Shown here piece by piece: positions 1-9,947 of a stretch of DNA of 44,450 bases; positions within the stretch are counted from its first letter, which is position 1; every line of letters starts with the position of its first letter. The DNA comes from a virus. The stretch lies in the UHGV virus genome UHGV-0157893. One strand, 5' to 3'. The translations under genes and the position numbers were made by a program. The notes below the pieces were generated by a model, which was given only the letters and a program-made list of their open reading frames with translations, made no database searches and was not told the origin of the DNA.

Positions 1-100
1 CTTATCTTTTGAATGGTTGGATTAACGAAAAAATATTTTGTATTCAACATCTTATGTTTTGTTTTGTTTTTAATTTATCAATTTGGTCACAATTTGGTAC

Positions 101-130
101 ACAAAAAAGAAACGAGGCGTTAGCCTCGTT
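101..130 (-). terminator. Rho-independent terminator after the tail-fiber operon
   Basis: Hairpin aacgaggc-gtta-gcctcgtt at 111-130; on the minus strand it is followed by TCTTTTTTGT. Confidence 0.55.
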
Positions 131-177
131 TCGCGCGGCGATGCTTTCAACATCACCATGCTATCACTGCCGCATCA

Positions 178-444
178 TTAAGCCCATGCGCGGACGCCTG
201 GATCTGGAACGATGAAAGGCTCAAGCTGAGAAATATCAACATCGTCACCAGTTATACGCACGTTGACGTAATAACCTTTTTTCCCAATAAGTACAGGTGT
301 CTCGCTTTCTGGATCGTCGAATACAAGGACAAAACCGATATCATCAATAAACACGGTTGACCAATTGGCATCCAGCAAGCCGCTATTAATCACAATGTCG
401 TTGTATTGCTGTTTGTCAGTAAATTGCAAGCTAACGTCTTTCAT
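178..444 (-). CDS. Hypothetical protein downstream of tail fiber (possible fiber accessory or assembly protein)
   Basis: ORF-track frame 178..462 begins with TTG; in-frame ATG at 444 preceded by AAGGTGG; lies 10 nt after the tail-fiber stop. Confidence 0.5.
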   Translation of the reverse strand: MKDVSLQFTDKQQYNDIVINSGLLDANWSTVFIDDIGFVLVFDDPESETPVLIGKKGYYVNVRITGDDVDISQLEPFIVPDPGVRAWA

Positions 445-454
445 GTTAACCACC

Positions 455-2251
455 TTAAACAATTTCGCTTAATTGCGCATCAGTTAATGCCTTATGCCAT
501 ACTCGAAAATTTCTGATATGACCAAATAAATGACGTTGTCCTGTCGTTGTCTGACCACCGATACGAATAGTTGCGGAGCTTTGAATATAAGTCCAGGTTG
601 TTTTTATTTCGCTGGATATACGTCCGTTACTTATTGCACATGTCAATTGATCTGCTTTTACACGCATCCCCATAACCATTTTTTCCAGCCCGGCATTTTC
701 ATTTATTCGTCGGTCTGAACCACTTATATTGCAATACGGAAAACCGTCGTACCCACCTGATGAACCAAACCCCATTTCGATCCCCGCTCCGGTTTGATGA
801 CCGCTGATATTAAAAACACGCGGTGCTGCATTTGGCGTTTTATACCAGTTCTTATGTACCTCACAAAGAACCGTAAAAGGAAGATTATAAAGGTTATTCT
901 TGATTGGGACTGTCACCATATCGCTTGCCCGCGTTGCCGGTGCCGTCCCCGTAACAATAAAAGATGATGCGCCTGTACCAGCCTCAATCTGTGGAGTGGT
1001 TACATCGAGATAATCCCCTGATGTAACCATCTGCCCTGTATCCGGAGAATACTGGACAAAACCACCAACCGTATTTTCTGTTGTATCTGCTTTTAATGTA
1101 GCCTCAAAAAATATCCAGCCAGTTGCATCATCCTTAACAGACCTTGCTGTAACACGGCTTGTCTGACCTGTCTTGCTAATTATGCGGGTGGTAAGGTTCA
1201 GGTTTGCTGCTCCTATTGATGTCCTTACCTCCCCATCATAATGTTCAAATAAAATACGAACGGCGATATTATCAACTTCACTTTTTACCCGACAGGATAT
1301 AGTTACATGCTTTTCGTCCCCTGAAGTATCAACCCCTCCGGCACTCGAATACAGTCCGATAATGGTATGCGCTTTACTTGTACCAACAATCGAATCCTGT
1401 ACGACAAACCGGCCATAATTAAACCCGAAACTATCTGCGCCTGTTTCTGTAACGTCCAGTGAAGTTGACTTATTCCACTTCGAAGGGTCTGTACTGTTCT
1501 GGAAGAAGTTCGTTCTTTGTCCCTCAATAAGCAGGCCATCACACTCAAATCGCGGCTCATTAATTTCCGCCGTTTTCAGTTCGCCAGATTTGTTGATATA
1601 TGTTGCCGTTGATGCGCGACTGAAATTAACCTGTTTATCACTGGCAACCTGAACCACATTATCGCCAATCTTCACTTTTTTATAACCCGGAGAATAGCCC
1701 GTAATCATATCCAGCGAATCATTAAAGGGCATCCACACATCCGGCAGCGGCTGTAAAACATACGCGTAAGGCTGCGCCGTCTGATTGGCGTATTCGTGGG
1801 CTTCGTCTCTGTATGTCTTAGCTGAATCGGCTGCGCTTGTCGCTGTTGTTGCAGCGTTGGTTGCAGTGGTAGCTGATTGTGATGCTAATTTTGAGGCTGA
1901 AATCACATCTTTGTTGTCGCTAAAAAATTCAACTGCGTCCGCTATTTCTGATTCTTTGCCCTGATAGTAACGCAGTGTTTCGGCGACATCCTGAGCAAGA
2001 CCATCCACAGAGATCGAATCTGAAAGCAGGATGCTAAATTTAGTTCCAGCCGGAATAGCCGGACTTGCCGCAGGAGTTACCGACAAACTTGTTGCGCTTT
2101 TTACCTTTGTGATTGAAAAAATCTGCACCGGATCGCTAATGGCAATAAGAGTGCAACCCACTCTGATCAGAGATAATGCGGCGTTGAATTCAGTCCCTGC
2201 CCCGGTAACTGTGTTTCCGCTAACAGCTATAGTGCCTGTTGTGTAAATCAT
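455..2251 (-). CDS. Side tail fiber protein with Ala/Thr/Ser-rich shaft and C-terminal lectin-like (LamG-type) domain
   Basis: 598 aa; ATG at 2251 with ACGGAG RBS; Stf-like ASQSATTATNAATTATSAADSAK repeat; C-terminal ...FRVWHKALTDAQLSEIV typical of ConA-like lectin ends; sits downstream of J. Confidence 0.75.
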   Translation of the reverse strand: MIYTTGTIAVSGNTVTGAGTEFNAALSLIRVGCTLIAISDPVQIFSITKVKSATSLSVTPAASPAIPAGTKFSILLSDSISVDGLAQDVAETLRYYQGKESEIADAVEFFSDNKDVISASKLASQSATTATNAATTATSAADSAKTYRDEAHEYANQTAQPYAYVLQPLPDVWMPFNDSLDMITGYSPGYKKVKIGDNVVQVASDKQVNFSRASTATYINKSGELKTAEINEPRFECDGLLIEGQRTNFFQNSTDPSKWNKSTSLDVTETGADSFGFNYGRFVVQDSIVGTSKAHTIIGLYSSAGGVDTSGDEKHVTISCRVKSEVDNIAVRILFEHYDGEVRTSIGAANLNLTTRIISKTGQTSRVTARSVKDDATGWIFFEATLKADTTENTVGGFVQYSPDTGQMVTSGDYLDVTTPQIEAGTGASSFIVTGTAPATRASDMVTVPIKNNLYNLPFTVLCEVHKNWYKTPNAAPRVFNISGHQTGAGIEMGFGSSGGYDGFPYCNISGSDRRINENAGLEKMVMGMRVKADQLTCAISNGRISSEIKTTWTYIQSSATIRIGGQTTTGQRHLFGHIRNFRVWHKALTDAQLSEIV

Positions 2252-2448
2252 CGCAATAACTCCGTTTTGTTAATTAACTAAACAATTCTACCATTTTGTA
2301 ATCTGTGTTACACTTTGGGCTTATACATAATGTATTTTTTGATCTATATCAACATACGAAATGATAGCTTCTGCGGTGATTTGCTCATCGGATGGGTGGA
2401 TCATCACGAACAACAAATGACAGTAAAACAAACAGTAAGGTGAATACA

Positions 2449-2694
2449 ATGAAAAAACTAATTGTTGCTTGCATCTTATCAGCTCTGTCTTTTGGTGCTT
2501 TTGCTTCTGTAAATTCGACAGATAAGAGTGATGCTGGCACTGCTCAATATGGTGATACTGGCCTTGATAACCAACGTTCGAGTTATTTCAATACTGACTC
2601 ATGGAAAGAAAAACAACTACAAGGTAAAATTATTGACAGTGAATGTAATTTACCTATCCATTTTTCTGGTGTAAATGATGGGTGTAAAAAATAA
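2449..2694 (+). CDS. Small secreted protein (moron), signal peptide predicted
   Basis: ATG at 2449 with AAGGTGA RBS; N-terminus MKKLIVACILSALSFGAFA is a classic Sec signal; opposite strand to flanking tail genes; followed by a terminator. Confidence 0.55.
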   Translation: MKKLIVACILSALSFGAFASVNSTDKSDAGTAQYGDTGLDNQRSSYFNTDSWKEKQLQGKIIDSECNLPIHFSGVNDGCKK

Positions 2695-2703
2695 AAACAA
2701 TGC

Positions 2704-2737
2704 ATAAAAAAACGGGGCTTATGCCCCGTTTTTTTAT
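2704..2737. terminator. Bidirectional rho-independent terminator
   Basis: acggggc-ttat-gccccgt hairpin flanked by an A-run (2706-2711) and a T-run (2730-2736); ends both the plus-strand moron and gene J. Confidence 0.7.
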
Positions 2738-5700
2738 GCTGTCGTTGATGTTCTAAATGATCCGGTGCCTCTTGCTACTATCATTGTTGGAGAATACAAC
2801 GCGGTACAATATGCGTATCCTTCAGATGATGATGTTTGAGGACAATATATTTTCCCGATAATATCTGATGCTTTTAAACCAGAAAAAGCGCATTGCACTG
2901 TTAATGTGCATCCACCATAAGGCACGTAATATGAAATTGTTTTGTTTTTATCTCCGCAACTAAACGTTACGTTATAAGTGGATCTATATTCACCAGACAT
3001 TAATGAAATAGTCGCCATAAGCATAACTGATTTCGTCAATGCATTATCCGTGCTGTCTTTATATGTGATGGTTGCGCTATAACTTCCGTTATGCCCAAGC
3101 ACTCGATCTGGACCAACCCCCATGTTAGCAACGTCACCGACAAATGACTTTGCCTCTACTGTACCTTTAAACTTCCCGCTTGTGGCCTGAATCTCACCAG
3201 TGAATTTACCAGATGTTGCGTACACCGTACCGCGTACAGTGACGTTGTTGAACTCCGCATTGCCGTTTTTATTTAGCATCCAGCCAGCCGAACCAGCTTT
3301 ATAGTTGGTTGACTGAATTTGCTGCGCAATCTTCGCGGTAGTGATTGATGCGTCTCTGATCCACGCATCACGGATGTAGCAAGCACCGTTAGTAACATAG
3401 AACGGGGTCTGATAGGAGCCACCTGCCGCAGTCATAAGCACGAAACGGTCAACGAGGAAAATACACTGCGATTGAACGTTAGTCCCGCTACCAGTAAGGC
3501 CGAGCGACATTCCTGTAGCGTATTTCATACCGTTTTTATCAGTGGCAATCTTAATTGAATATGACGCATCAACGTTACCTTTGAAGTCAGTCAGTGCTTT
3601 TGATGTCGTTTCTATCGCCGTTGTGTTTCCGTTAATAGTTACTTTCAACTGGTCGATTCTGGTTGACAATGCCTCGTCTGCCGTTGCCATAGCCTGTGAC
3701 CATTCCGTGATGCTTGAGTTTACATCGTCGAAAGATGCCGAGATCTGGCCAAATTTTTCCGCGCTTGATGTTTCATGCGTAGAAAGTGCAGTTGACACTT
3801 CGGATACTTTCGAATTAATCGTACTGGTAAGCGATGAGTTAAGGCTGCTGATTGCGTCAGTGCGTGCATTCTTCTCATCTGCGATCGCTTTATCCATCCT
3901 GGTTACGTTGCTTGTCACCTTGCTATCGAGCGTGGAAATTGACGCATTAACCCCGCTAATAGCTTCTGCGCGTGCGCTCGCCTCATCTGCGATTGCTTTA
4001 TCAAGACGGGAAACGCTCGCGTCGGTTTTGCTTTCAAGACTACTGACGCTGGCGTTAACGTTGCTAATAGCTTCTGCGCGTGCGCTCGCCTCATCTGCGA
4101 TTGCTGTGTCTACCCTTGCTATTTCCGCTTTTGTTTTTGTTTGTCCTTTCCTGTATTTCGCCTCAATAACAGTGCTCATCTTGCTTTGCGCCATTGAGTT
4201 ATTAATAAGCGCCAGAGATGCGTTTTGCAGACTTGCTTTCGCCTGATCTATCTCGTCGCTGTTTTTATCAACCTCACTTTTAACGCCGCCAAGCGTCGCG
4301 CTGATACCTGATATCGCCTGAGCACGTGCGCTTGATTCATCAGCGATAGCTTGATCAAGACGGCTAACACTGGCATTTGTGTTATTTTCAAGCGTTGTTA
4401 AATCAGCTTTAACCACTGTTATTGCGTCGCTTCTTGCCTGCGTTTCATCTGATATTGCATTATCGAGGCGCTTAACGCTGGCGTCAGTTTTCTTGTCAAG
4501 TGTTGAGATACTTGCGTTCACGTCGCTGATAGCCTGAGTACGCGCACTTGTTTCGTCTGCAATTGCCTGATCAAGACGGTTTACGCTGGCGTCAGTTTTC
4601 TTGTCAAGATTGCTTATTGAGGCATTTACACCGTTAATAGCTTCAGCGCGGGCGCTGGCCTCGTCAGCTACTGCGCGTTGCACATTAGAGATCTGACCTT
4701 TAAGGTTTGTGTCCATCACATTCATTTCTGCCGTGATGGTTTCCAGTGATTCCGCTGTCGCTTTTTTCTCTTCAGCGATAACGTTGTCAATGCGGTCAAT
4801 TTCCGCTTTCGTCTCTGTCCTGCCTTTCTTGTACTGAGCGGTAAGAGTTACGCGAGTGTTAGTCTGTGCAAGCGAGTTATTAATAAGAGCAAGTGAGGCG
4901 TTTTGCAGACTTGCTTTTGCTTGCGCCAGTTCGCTGCCAACTTTTTCGCTAGACACCTCCAGCGAGTCGATTCTCGACTCATGCTGTCCAATATCATCGG
5001 CGTTTTCCTTAACTTTTTTATAAAGATCTTCCGTTTCTTTTTTGAGCGTATCAGTATCAGCTTTTATTGATCCTGTTTCTATGGTTAGGTTGTCAGTTTC
5101 AGTCCTTAAATCGTCAGTTATGTTGGTCAGATTATCAGTTGCAGCTTTGAGGTTGTCAGTAGCAGTTTTAAGGTCATTCGTAGCGCTTTCGATAAGATCA
5201 GTGCGGTCGCCTAGATCTTTAATGTCACCAACCATTTCTTTAAATTGTTTGGAATTCATTACGTCTTTGGTGACGTAATCGGTAATTTCATCAAAGTTTT
5301 CTGTTGGCTTACCTGACGCTTCCACAAAGTCAGACACACCAAAAGCGTTACGCGCGCGCACATAAACGTAATATGTGTGACCTGTATTCATGCCGCCAAA
5401 CGTCCACTGATGACCACGCCCGGTATATTGTGCTTTAGTGGTTATTGATGCCGGATCAGTGATCTGCGTTTCACCTGAGTAATAAAACTCGTAACTGGTA
5501 TCAGTGGTGAGCGTTGTTCTGCTGATCGGGTAAACTGTAGCCTGGAATACACCGGGAACCCAATTAACGCCAACTGGGGCCGCTGGTGCGCCAATAACCA
5601 GATCGACAATGCTTTCCGCACCCTTCATGCCCGTGTCATTTCTGCCACGAATGCCTAATGAGTAGTTGCCAGCATCAATGCCATAAAAATCATAACTGTA

Positions 5701-7704
5701 ATTCGTGGTTTCGTAGCTTTTAACTACAGCGCCTTCGGCGTTATACACGCGAATCTCAAAGGTCAGGCGACGCGTTGTCGTCTGTGTTTCCCATGTTGCG
5801 CGACATTGAACCGTTTCAGATCCAACGTTTAACACCTTCAGATTTTCAATGTTCGGCACGCGGAAGTGATTAAGCGTGTCGTTATTGATCTCGAAGATTG
5901 CGCCATTATCGACTACGGCCTGCTTATGTGGATCATGCTGTGCGGCCTCGATGGTGTATACGCTGTTATTTTCTGTTTCTGCTACACTGGTGATTCGACA
6001 TAAAACGGGTTTTGCTGCGTTGGTTGATACAGCAAAAACAGTGCCGTTACGAATCCACGCCGGGGCGGCTGCAAGGGTGATAATGTTCCCGTTAACTCCG
6101 ATGATCTGGTGTTTTTTAAATTTACCATCGCTATCAAGTAAGCTGATGGTGTCGCCAGCCGCGATATATTCAGAATCAACCTTGTCGACCGTGATCGCTC
6201 TGCCATTGTTCGCCACGATGCGACCGCCTAAACGAGCGCCTGCGCGATTATTATCGAGGATCTCGATTATATCCCCCGGCGTAAAGTGAATGGCGTCACG
6301 GGCCATTTTAAATGTGAATTTTGACGGCTCGCGTTTCGCTGTTTCGATCAGCCATTTACCAGCGCGGTGCGCTTGCCCGCGTGAAGTGCAACCGAACGCC
6401 TCCAACGTGGTTTCGTTATAACCATCACGGGCGATTAGTTTATCATCTGCGACATATTCTTTTGATTGCTCCCAGCCGTTTTCAGGGTCAGTCCAGGATA
6501 CGATCACGGCGTTGTAGCATTCTGCGCGTGCGATACTTGAACGAGTAAACGCGCCATCAACGACGTTTGCATTTGTGATGGTGGCGATTGGATCTTGTGG
6601 CGCATCAATCATCACGGTAAGACGTTGTCCGTCCCATAACGCGATACCACGGAACATACCTGCGATGTTATCCAGTAGGTCGCGGGCGCTCATTTGCTCC
6701 GTAATGTAAGCGTTAAGCGTCATGCGAGGTTCAAGGCCACCATAGCCATCATCAACCAACTGATCGCAGTATTGAGAAAGCACGTACAAAGCGCCATCAT
6801 CAACATCAATGTAACCAGCATGTCGAGCAAGTCCAAAGCGCTCGTTTTTAACCAGATACCGGAAAAGCCATGCAGGGTTATTGGTATACGCCTTTTTAAA
6901 TCCACCAAGCCATAAACCTGAATATGTGCGCGTTTCAGGGTTGTAGTTGTCAGGCACATCAACAATCAGGCCGCGAAGGTGATAGGTGCGGGTAGGCGTA
7001 TCAGTATACTGATCATGGTCAATTACGGCGCCAGCTACAGCGGTATGAGGATAAGACAGATTATCATCTATTATTTCGCTGTAACTACTCCACCGCGTAT
7101 CATTCCGCAATAGATCGCCGTTGCTGTCTGGTGTTATGCGACGAACGCGAATATCAAACGGTTTTTCATCCGGCGCTTTAATGATGTGAGCTTCCAGGTA
7201 TTCACCGCTTTGTTTACCAGGGCCAATGTGTATGTCTTTAATCAGCGACCACGTAGAAGATGATGACGGTTTAACATCAACCATCAACATGACGGATGTA
7301 TTATATTGATTGCCCTTTTCATCTGACTGAACGAGAGCATCAACACCAAGATTCAACCTGACGCGGGTAACGTTTGGATCTGAAACAGTCCTGATTATTG
7401 GTGTGTCGTGAGTTACCTTTGCGTTGACAATAACGGTTGACTCAATGGCGTTAAAACCATTAATCGGCGATTGGTCAGCCGTGCCGTTGCGCCAGGCTAT
7501 ACTAATCCCCGGAATTGATGTATTCCCGTTTGCGTCAGTAACAGGAGTGTCATTAAGCATCACGTCATTCAATGGCGCTTTCTGGTTTACCGGACCGTAT
7601 ATCGGCCCTTCGCTGAGAATATCTAAAACACGATAAAACTGTTTGTGATACAGGTTATCGTTCAATAATGTTGGTGTTTTGGCTTTGCCGCCGCCGCTAC
7701 TCAT
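2734..7704 (-). CDS. J: Host specificity / central tail fiber protein (lambda gpJ family) with long C-terminal extension
   Basis: 1656 aa; ATG 7704 with AGGAG RBS; N-terminal half aligns by eye with lambda J (ILSEGPI, YHLRGL, YCDQ.VDDGYGG.EPR); C-terminal part has coiled-coil repeats and a distal domain. Confidence 0.9.
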   Translation of the reverse strand: MSSGGGKAKTPTLLNDNLYHKQFYRVLDILSEGPIYGPVNQKAPLNDVMLNDTPVTDANGNTSIPGISIAWRNGTADQSPINGFNAIESTVIVNAKVTHDTPIIRTVSDPNVTRVRLNLGVDALVQSDEKGNQYNTSVMLMVDVKPSSSSTWSLIKDIHIGPGKQSGEYLEAHIIKAPDEKPFDIRVRRITPDSNGDLLRNDTRWSSYSEIIDDNLSYPHTAVAGAVIDHDQYTDTPTRTYHLRGLIVDVPDNYNPETRTYSGLWLGGFKKAYTNNPAWLFRYLVKNERFGLARHAGYIDVDDGALYVLSQYCDQLVDDGYGGLEPRMTLNAYITEQMSARDLLDNIAGMFRGIALWDGQRLTVMIDAPQDPIATITNANVVDGAFTRSSIARAECYNAVIVSWTDPENGWEQSKEYVADDKLIARDGYNETTLEAFGCTSRGQAHRAGKWLIETAKREPSKFTFKMARDAIHFTPGDIIEILDNNRAGARLGGRIVANNGRAITVDKVDSEYIAAGDTISLLDSDGKFKKHQIIGVNGNIITLAAAPAWIRNGTVFAVSTNAAKPVLCRITSVAETENNSVYTIEAAQHDPHKQAVVDNGAIFEINNDTLNHFRVPNIENLKVLNVGSETVQCRATWETQTTTRRLTFEIRVYNAEGAVVKSYETTNYSYDFYGIDAGNYSLGIRGRNDTGMKGAESIVDLVIGAPAAPVGVNWVPGVFQATVYPISRTTLTTDTSYEFYYSGETQITDPASITTKAQYTGRGHQWTFGGMNTGHTYYVYVRARNAFGVSDFVEASGKPTENFDEITDYVTKDVMNSKQFKEMVGDIKDLGDRTDLIESATNDLKTATDNLKAATDNLTNITDDLRTETDNLTIETGSIKADTDTLKKETEDLYKKVKENADDIGQHESRIDSLEVSSEKVGSELAQAKASLQNASLALINNSLAQTNTRVTLTAQYKKGRTETKAEIDRIDNVIAEEKKATAESLETITAEMNVMDTNLKGQISNVQRAVADEASARAEAINGVNASISNLDKKTDASVNRLDQAIADETSARTQAISDVNASISTLDKKTDASVKRLDNAISDETQARSDAITVVKADLTTLENNTNASVSRLDQAIADESSARAQAISGISATLGGVKSEVDKNSDEIDQAKASLQNASLALINNSMAQSKMSTVIEAKYRKGQTKTKAEIARVDTAIADEASARAEAISNVNASVSSLESKTDASVSRLDKAIADEASARAEAISGVNASISTLDSKVTSNVTRMDKAIADEKNARTDAISSLNSSLTSTINSKVSEVSTALSTHETSSAEKFGQISASFDDVNSSITEWSQAMATADEALSTRIDQLKVTINGNTTAIETTSKALTDFKGNVDASYSIKIATDKNGMKYATGMSLGLTGSGTNVQSQCIFLVDRFVLMTAAGGSYQTPFYVTNGACYIRDAWIRDASITTAKIAQQIQSTNYKAGSAGWMLNKNGNAEFNNVTVRGTVYATSGKFTGEIQATSGKFKGTVEAKSFVGDVANMGVGPDRVLGHNGSYSATITYKDSTDNALTKSVMLMATISLMSGEYRSTYNVTFSCGDKNKTISYYVPYGGCTLTVQCAFSGLKASDIIGKIYCPQTSSSEGYAYCTALYSPTMIVARGTGSFRTSTTA
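3840..4700 (-). repeat. In-frame tandem repeats (~108 bp, 36 aa units) inside J
   Basis: Near-identical DNA blocks (agcttctgcgcgtgcgctcgcctcatctgcgattgc at ~3961 and ~4071, variants near 4311, 4531, 4641) encoding TDASVxRLDxAIADExSARxxAISxVNASISTLDxK units. Confidence 0.6.
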
Positions 7705-7717
7705 GGTTTTTCTCCTG

Positions 7718-8248
7718 TTAACTTACAACGTCTAAGGCGTCTCTATTGTTGCTTGTGTCTATGCCTAACGATCCGACGTTTGAACCTATTTTCATTTCAC
7801 CTAATAGTATTGGCACTGGTCTACCCTGGCCCACCTTGTTTTCAATGCTGGTGTAGGTGTTGTTCGTTATGGTGTTATCTTGTGCGCTTTCTGCCGATGT
7901 TTTTATCTTCATGTTGCGGGACATAAAGATTGAGAACGCAACGCTAACCACCGAAACACCAATCAGGATCCAGCCTACAACACCAATCCCAGCAATACCG
8001 CCTTCAACTACTGGCGCAATAATGACGGTAGTTCCGTCAGGGTATTTACTATTAACCGCTGCCGGGGCCGTCTTTTCGTTATAATCTTTCCCGGCAATCC
8101 GTAACCGCAAAGGTGTATTTAAAAAAGCCTTCTTGAACTCCTGATTCTGCGCGGTCAATAGGCTAAGTCCTTGTGCTGGCGTATCAACGTTTAAACACAC
8201 TTTGCCGTAATATCTTCGAAGATTGCCCGTAAATCTAAATTTGAGCAT
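7718..8248 (-). CDS. I: Tail assembly protein (lambda gpI family)
   Basis: 176 aa; ATG 8248 with GGAGA RBS; C-terminal PVPILLGEMKIGSNV resembles lambda I VLPVLYGEMRVGS; sits between K and J. Confidence 0.75.
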   Translation of the reverse strand: MLKFRFTGNLRRYYGKVCLNVDTPAQGLSLLTAQNQEFKKAFLNTPLRLRIAGKDYNEKTAPAAVNSKYPDGTTVIIAPVVEGGIAGIGVVGWILIGVSVVSVAFSIFMSRNMKIKTSAESAQDNTITNNTYTSIENKVGQGRPVPILLGEMKIGSNVGSLGIDTSNNRDALDVVS

Positions 8249-8922
8249 TTGTCAGATCTCCATATTGAATGCGTTTGTCGAACATACGCGGGCCGCATTT
8301 GCTCGCGGCGGCTTAGCAGTCCGGCATTGTCATGATGCAAAACAGTGTTATCGCCCAGGTAAATCATCGCGTGACATGGGTCAGCACCCTTGAACGGCTG
8401 GCGAATAATCACGTCACCAGGCTGAATGCTTTGCGCATCAACCATGAAAAACCCGTTCAATGGCAGGTTTTTTATGTACAGGTTTTCCCCACGCAGCCAC
8501 CACCCATCGTGGCGTTCAAAGTCAGGCAGATCCACGCCGCAAAGGTGATAGGCGTCACGAAAAAGCGAGTAGCAATCTGTTTTCCCGTGTTCAAATTTAC
8601 GGCCTAACAGGTGCGCCACCGGGCGGAATTTCCTCACCATGCCACCGGAACATAAAAACCACGGCAGGCCGGAAATAACCTGCTGTTGTCGATCCCGTGC
8701 CGACAATACCGGAATATCTTCAACGTGAGAGTGGAAAACGGCTGTTATAACGCCCAATTCGTCAGCTTTGATATAATCGTCAGGCGAGATTTTAAAGCTG
8801 TTGTGCGGCGTTTCAGACACGTTAGCGCACGGGTAAAAATAATCGTTATCTATCACCAGCCCGCACACTTCCTCGCGCGGGTGGGCTGCTGCATAGCGAA
8901 TCATTTTATCTTCAAGTGCCAT
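8191..8922 (-). CDS. K: Tail assembly protein K (MPN/JAB plus NlpC/P60-like)
   Basis: ATG at 8922 is 1 nt after the L stop codon (TGA at 8925-8927); HSHVED (HxH JAMM-like) motif and Cys/His pair; position between L and I. Confidence 0.75.
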   Translation of the reverse strand: MALEDKMIRYAAAHPREEVCGLVIDNDYFYPCANVSETPHNSFKISPDDYIKADELGVITAVFHSHVEDIPVLSARDRQQQVISGLPWFLCSGGMVRKFRPVAHLLGRKFEHGKTDCYSLFRDAYHLCGVDLPDFERHDGWWLRGENLYIKNLPLNGFFMVDAQSIQPGDVIIRQPFKGADPCHAMIYLGDNTVLHHDNAGLLSRREQMRPAYVRQTHSIWRSDKCSNLDLRAIFEDITAKCV

Positions 8923-8924
8923 AA

Positions 8925-9629
8925 TCAACCCACCTTGCTCGATCCTGGGAAACATGAAATTGGTAACGGATTCGGGCGCGGGAAACGTAAACGGCAACCG
9001 CTCAGGCGGTGGCTGCATTTATCCAGCTTTGGATCGCTGGTCGATTCGTCTTTATCAGTAGCTACAGGGCCGCCACTGTATCCGCAACCGTCGCCGCGAT
9101 ATTGCCATTGGCAAACGTCAGCAAGGATTGTGCGCCCTGGGATAACCGCCTTGTCAGCATCAATTGGCGTTGACAGCTCATATTGCACCTGGTCGGCTGT
9201 TTCTTCGCTCATCGCCTCAACGACGTAAAAAGACACCGCCTCGATAGACGGATCTGCATCCGGGTTGCCGTTGGGGAAGTTGATGGCGTCCAGGTATTTT
9301 ACTTCCACCTGGCGGCGTGTAACTTTCATTCCTCGCAGGTCGTTGAAATCGTTATTCATCCCGGTGATTAGGCCGCCAATGTTGGCTACAACCATTTGCG
9401 GGCGTGAATAGACACCCTCGTTTTTCATTTCGAAGCCAGTGGCATCGATAGGGTAGCTGTTGTAAGCCACCCCCTTCCAGATAACCGGGCCGTAATAGCC
9501 ATTCACGCCGGAATGGAAGCGGATAACCTCGCCACCCAGGGGCGTGAGGTCTAATTCAAACAAGTCAATTACCGCGCCGACTCCGGCATCGACGGAATCA
9601 ATAATCATTTCTCTCGGAATATTGCGCAT
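8925..9629 (-). CDS. L: Minor tail protein L
   Basis: 234 aa; ATG 9629 with AAGGTGAG RBS; aligns by eye with lambda L (IDLFELDLTPLGGE, VKYLDAINFPNGNPDADP, CQWQYRGDGCGYSG, DKCSHRLSGC). Confidence 0.85.
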   Translation of the reverse strand: MRNIPREMIIDSVDAGVGAVIDLFELDLTPLGGEVIRFHSGVNGYYGPVIWKGVAYNSYPIDATGFEMKNEGVYSRPQMVVANIGGLITGMNNDFNDLRGMKVTRRQVEVKYLDAINFPNGNPDADPSIEAVSFYVVEAMSEETADQVQYELSTPIDADKAVIPGRTILADVCQWQYRGDGCGYSGGPVATDKDESTSDPKLDKCSHRLSGCRLRFPRPNPLPISCFPGSSKVG

Positions 9630-9758
9630 TTTCTCACCTTGTCATTCTGTGATCTGCGTCACGCTAAATCATACCAAAATGGATTGATCGCGGTTTTTAC
9701 AATATGTATATTTTACTCAAACGGAAGCATAGTTAACAAAATGGCGCGGAGGTGCGTT

Positions 9759-9947
9759 ATGACTGAAAAGCTATGGAAGTTGACGGTATTCATGACAGAC
9801 GGTAGGGAAAAGGTTATCGCCCTGTATGACGACGAGGGTGAAGCATTGGTTGACGCGCTTTTACTTGCTGAGGATGACCGCCTTTTGGGATACCAGATCG
9901 AACCTGTCAAATATGAGGCTAACAAAAATGAAAAAATACAGTCTTGA
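9759..9947 (+). CDS. Hypothetical small acidic protein (moron cassette gene 1)
   Basis: ATG 9759 with GGAGG RBS 5 nt upstream; 62 aa; opposite strand to tail genes; 3' end overlaps the next gene. Confidence 0.5.
   Translation: MTEKLWKLTVFMTDGREKVIALYDDEGEALVDALLLAEDDRLLGYQIEPVKYEANKNEKIQS

Noticed and set aside
9-215. Plus-strand 68-aa ORF at the left edge
   Set aside because: Overlaps the hairpin terminator and the 3' end of a minus-strand gene; no convincing RBS; AT-rich low-complexity start.
3840-4700. Possible CRISPR-like array suggested by regularly spaced repeats
   Set aside because: Repeats are about 108 bp, in-frame and coding (heptad-like protein repeats of J), with no short direct repeats separated by unique spacers.
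3542-6289. Large plus-strand ORFs inside J (3542..4246, 5042..5278, 5876..6289) and a minus-strand alternative frame (5982..6206)
   Set aside because: They lie antisense or out of frame within the clearly homologous J gene, overlap its repeat region, and have low-complexity Ala/Ser/Leu compositions typical of antisense artefacts.
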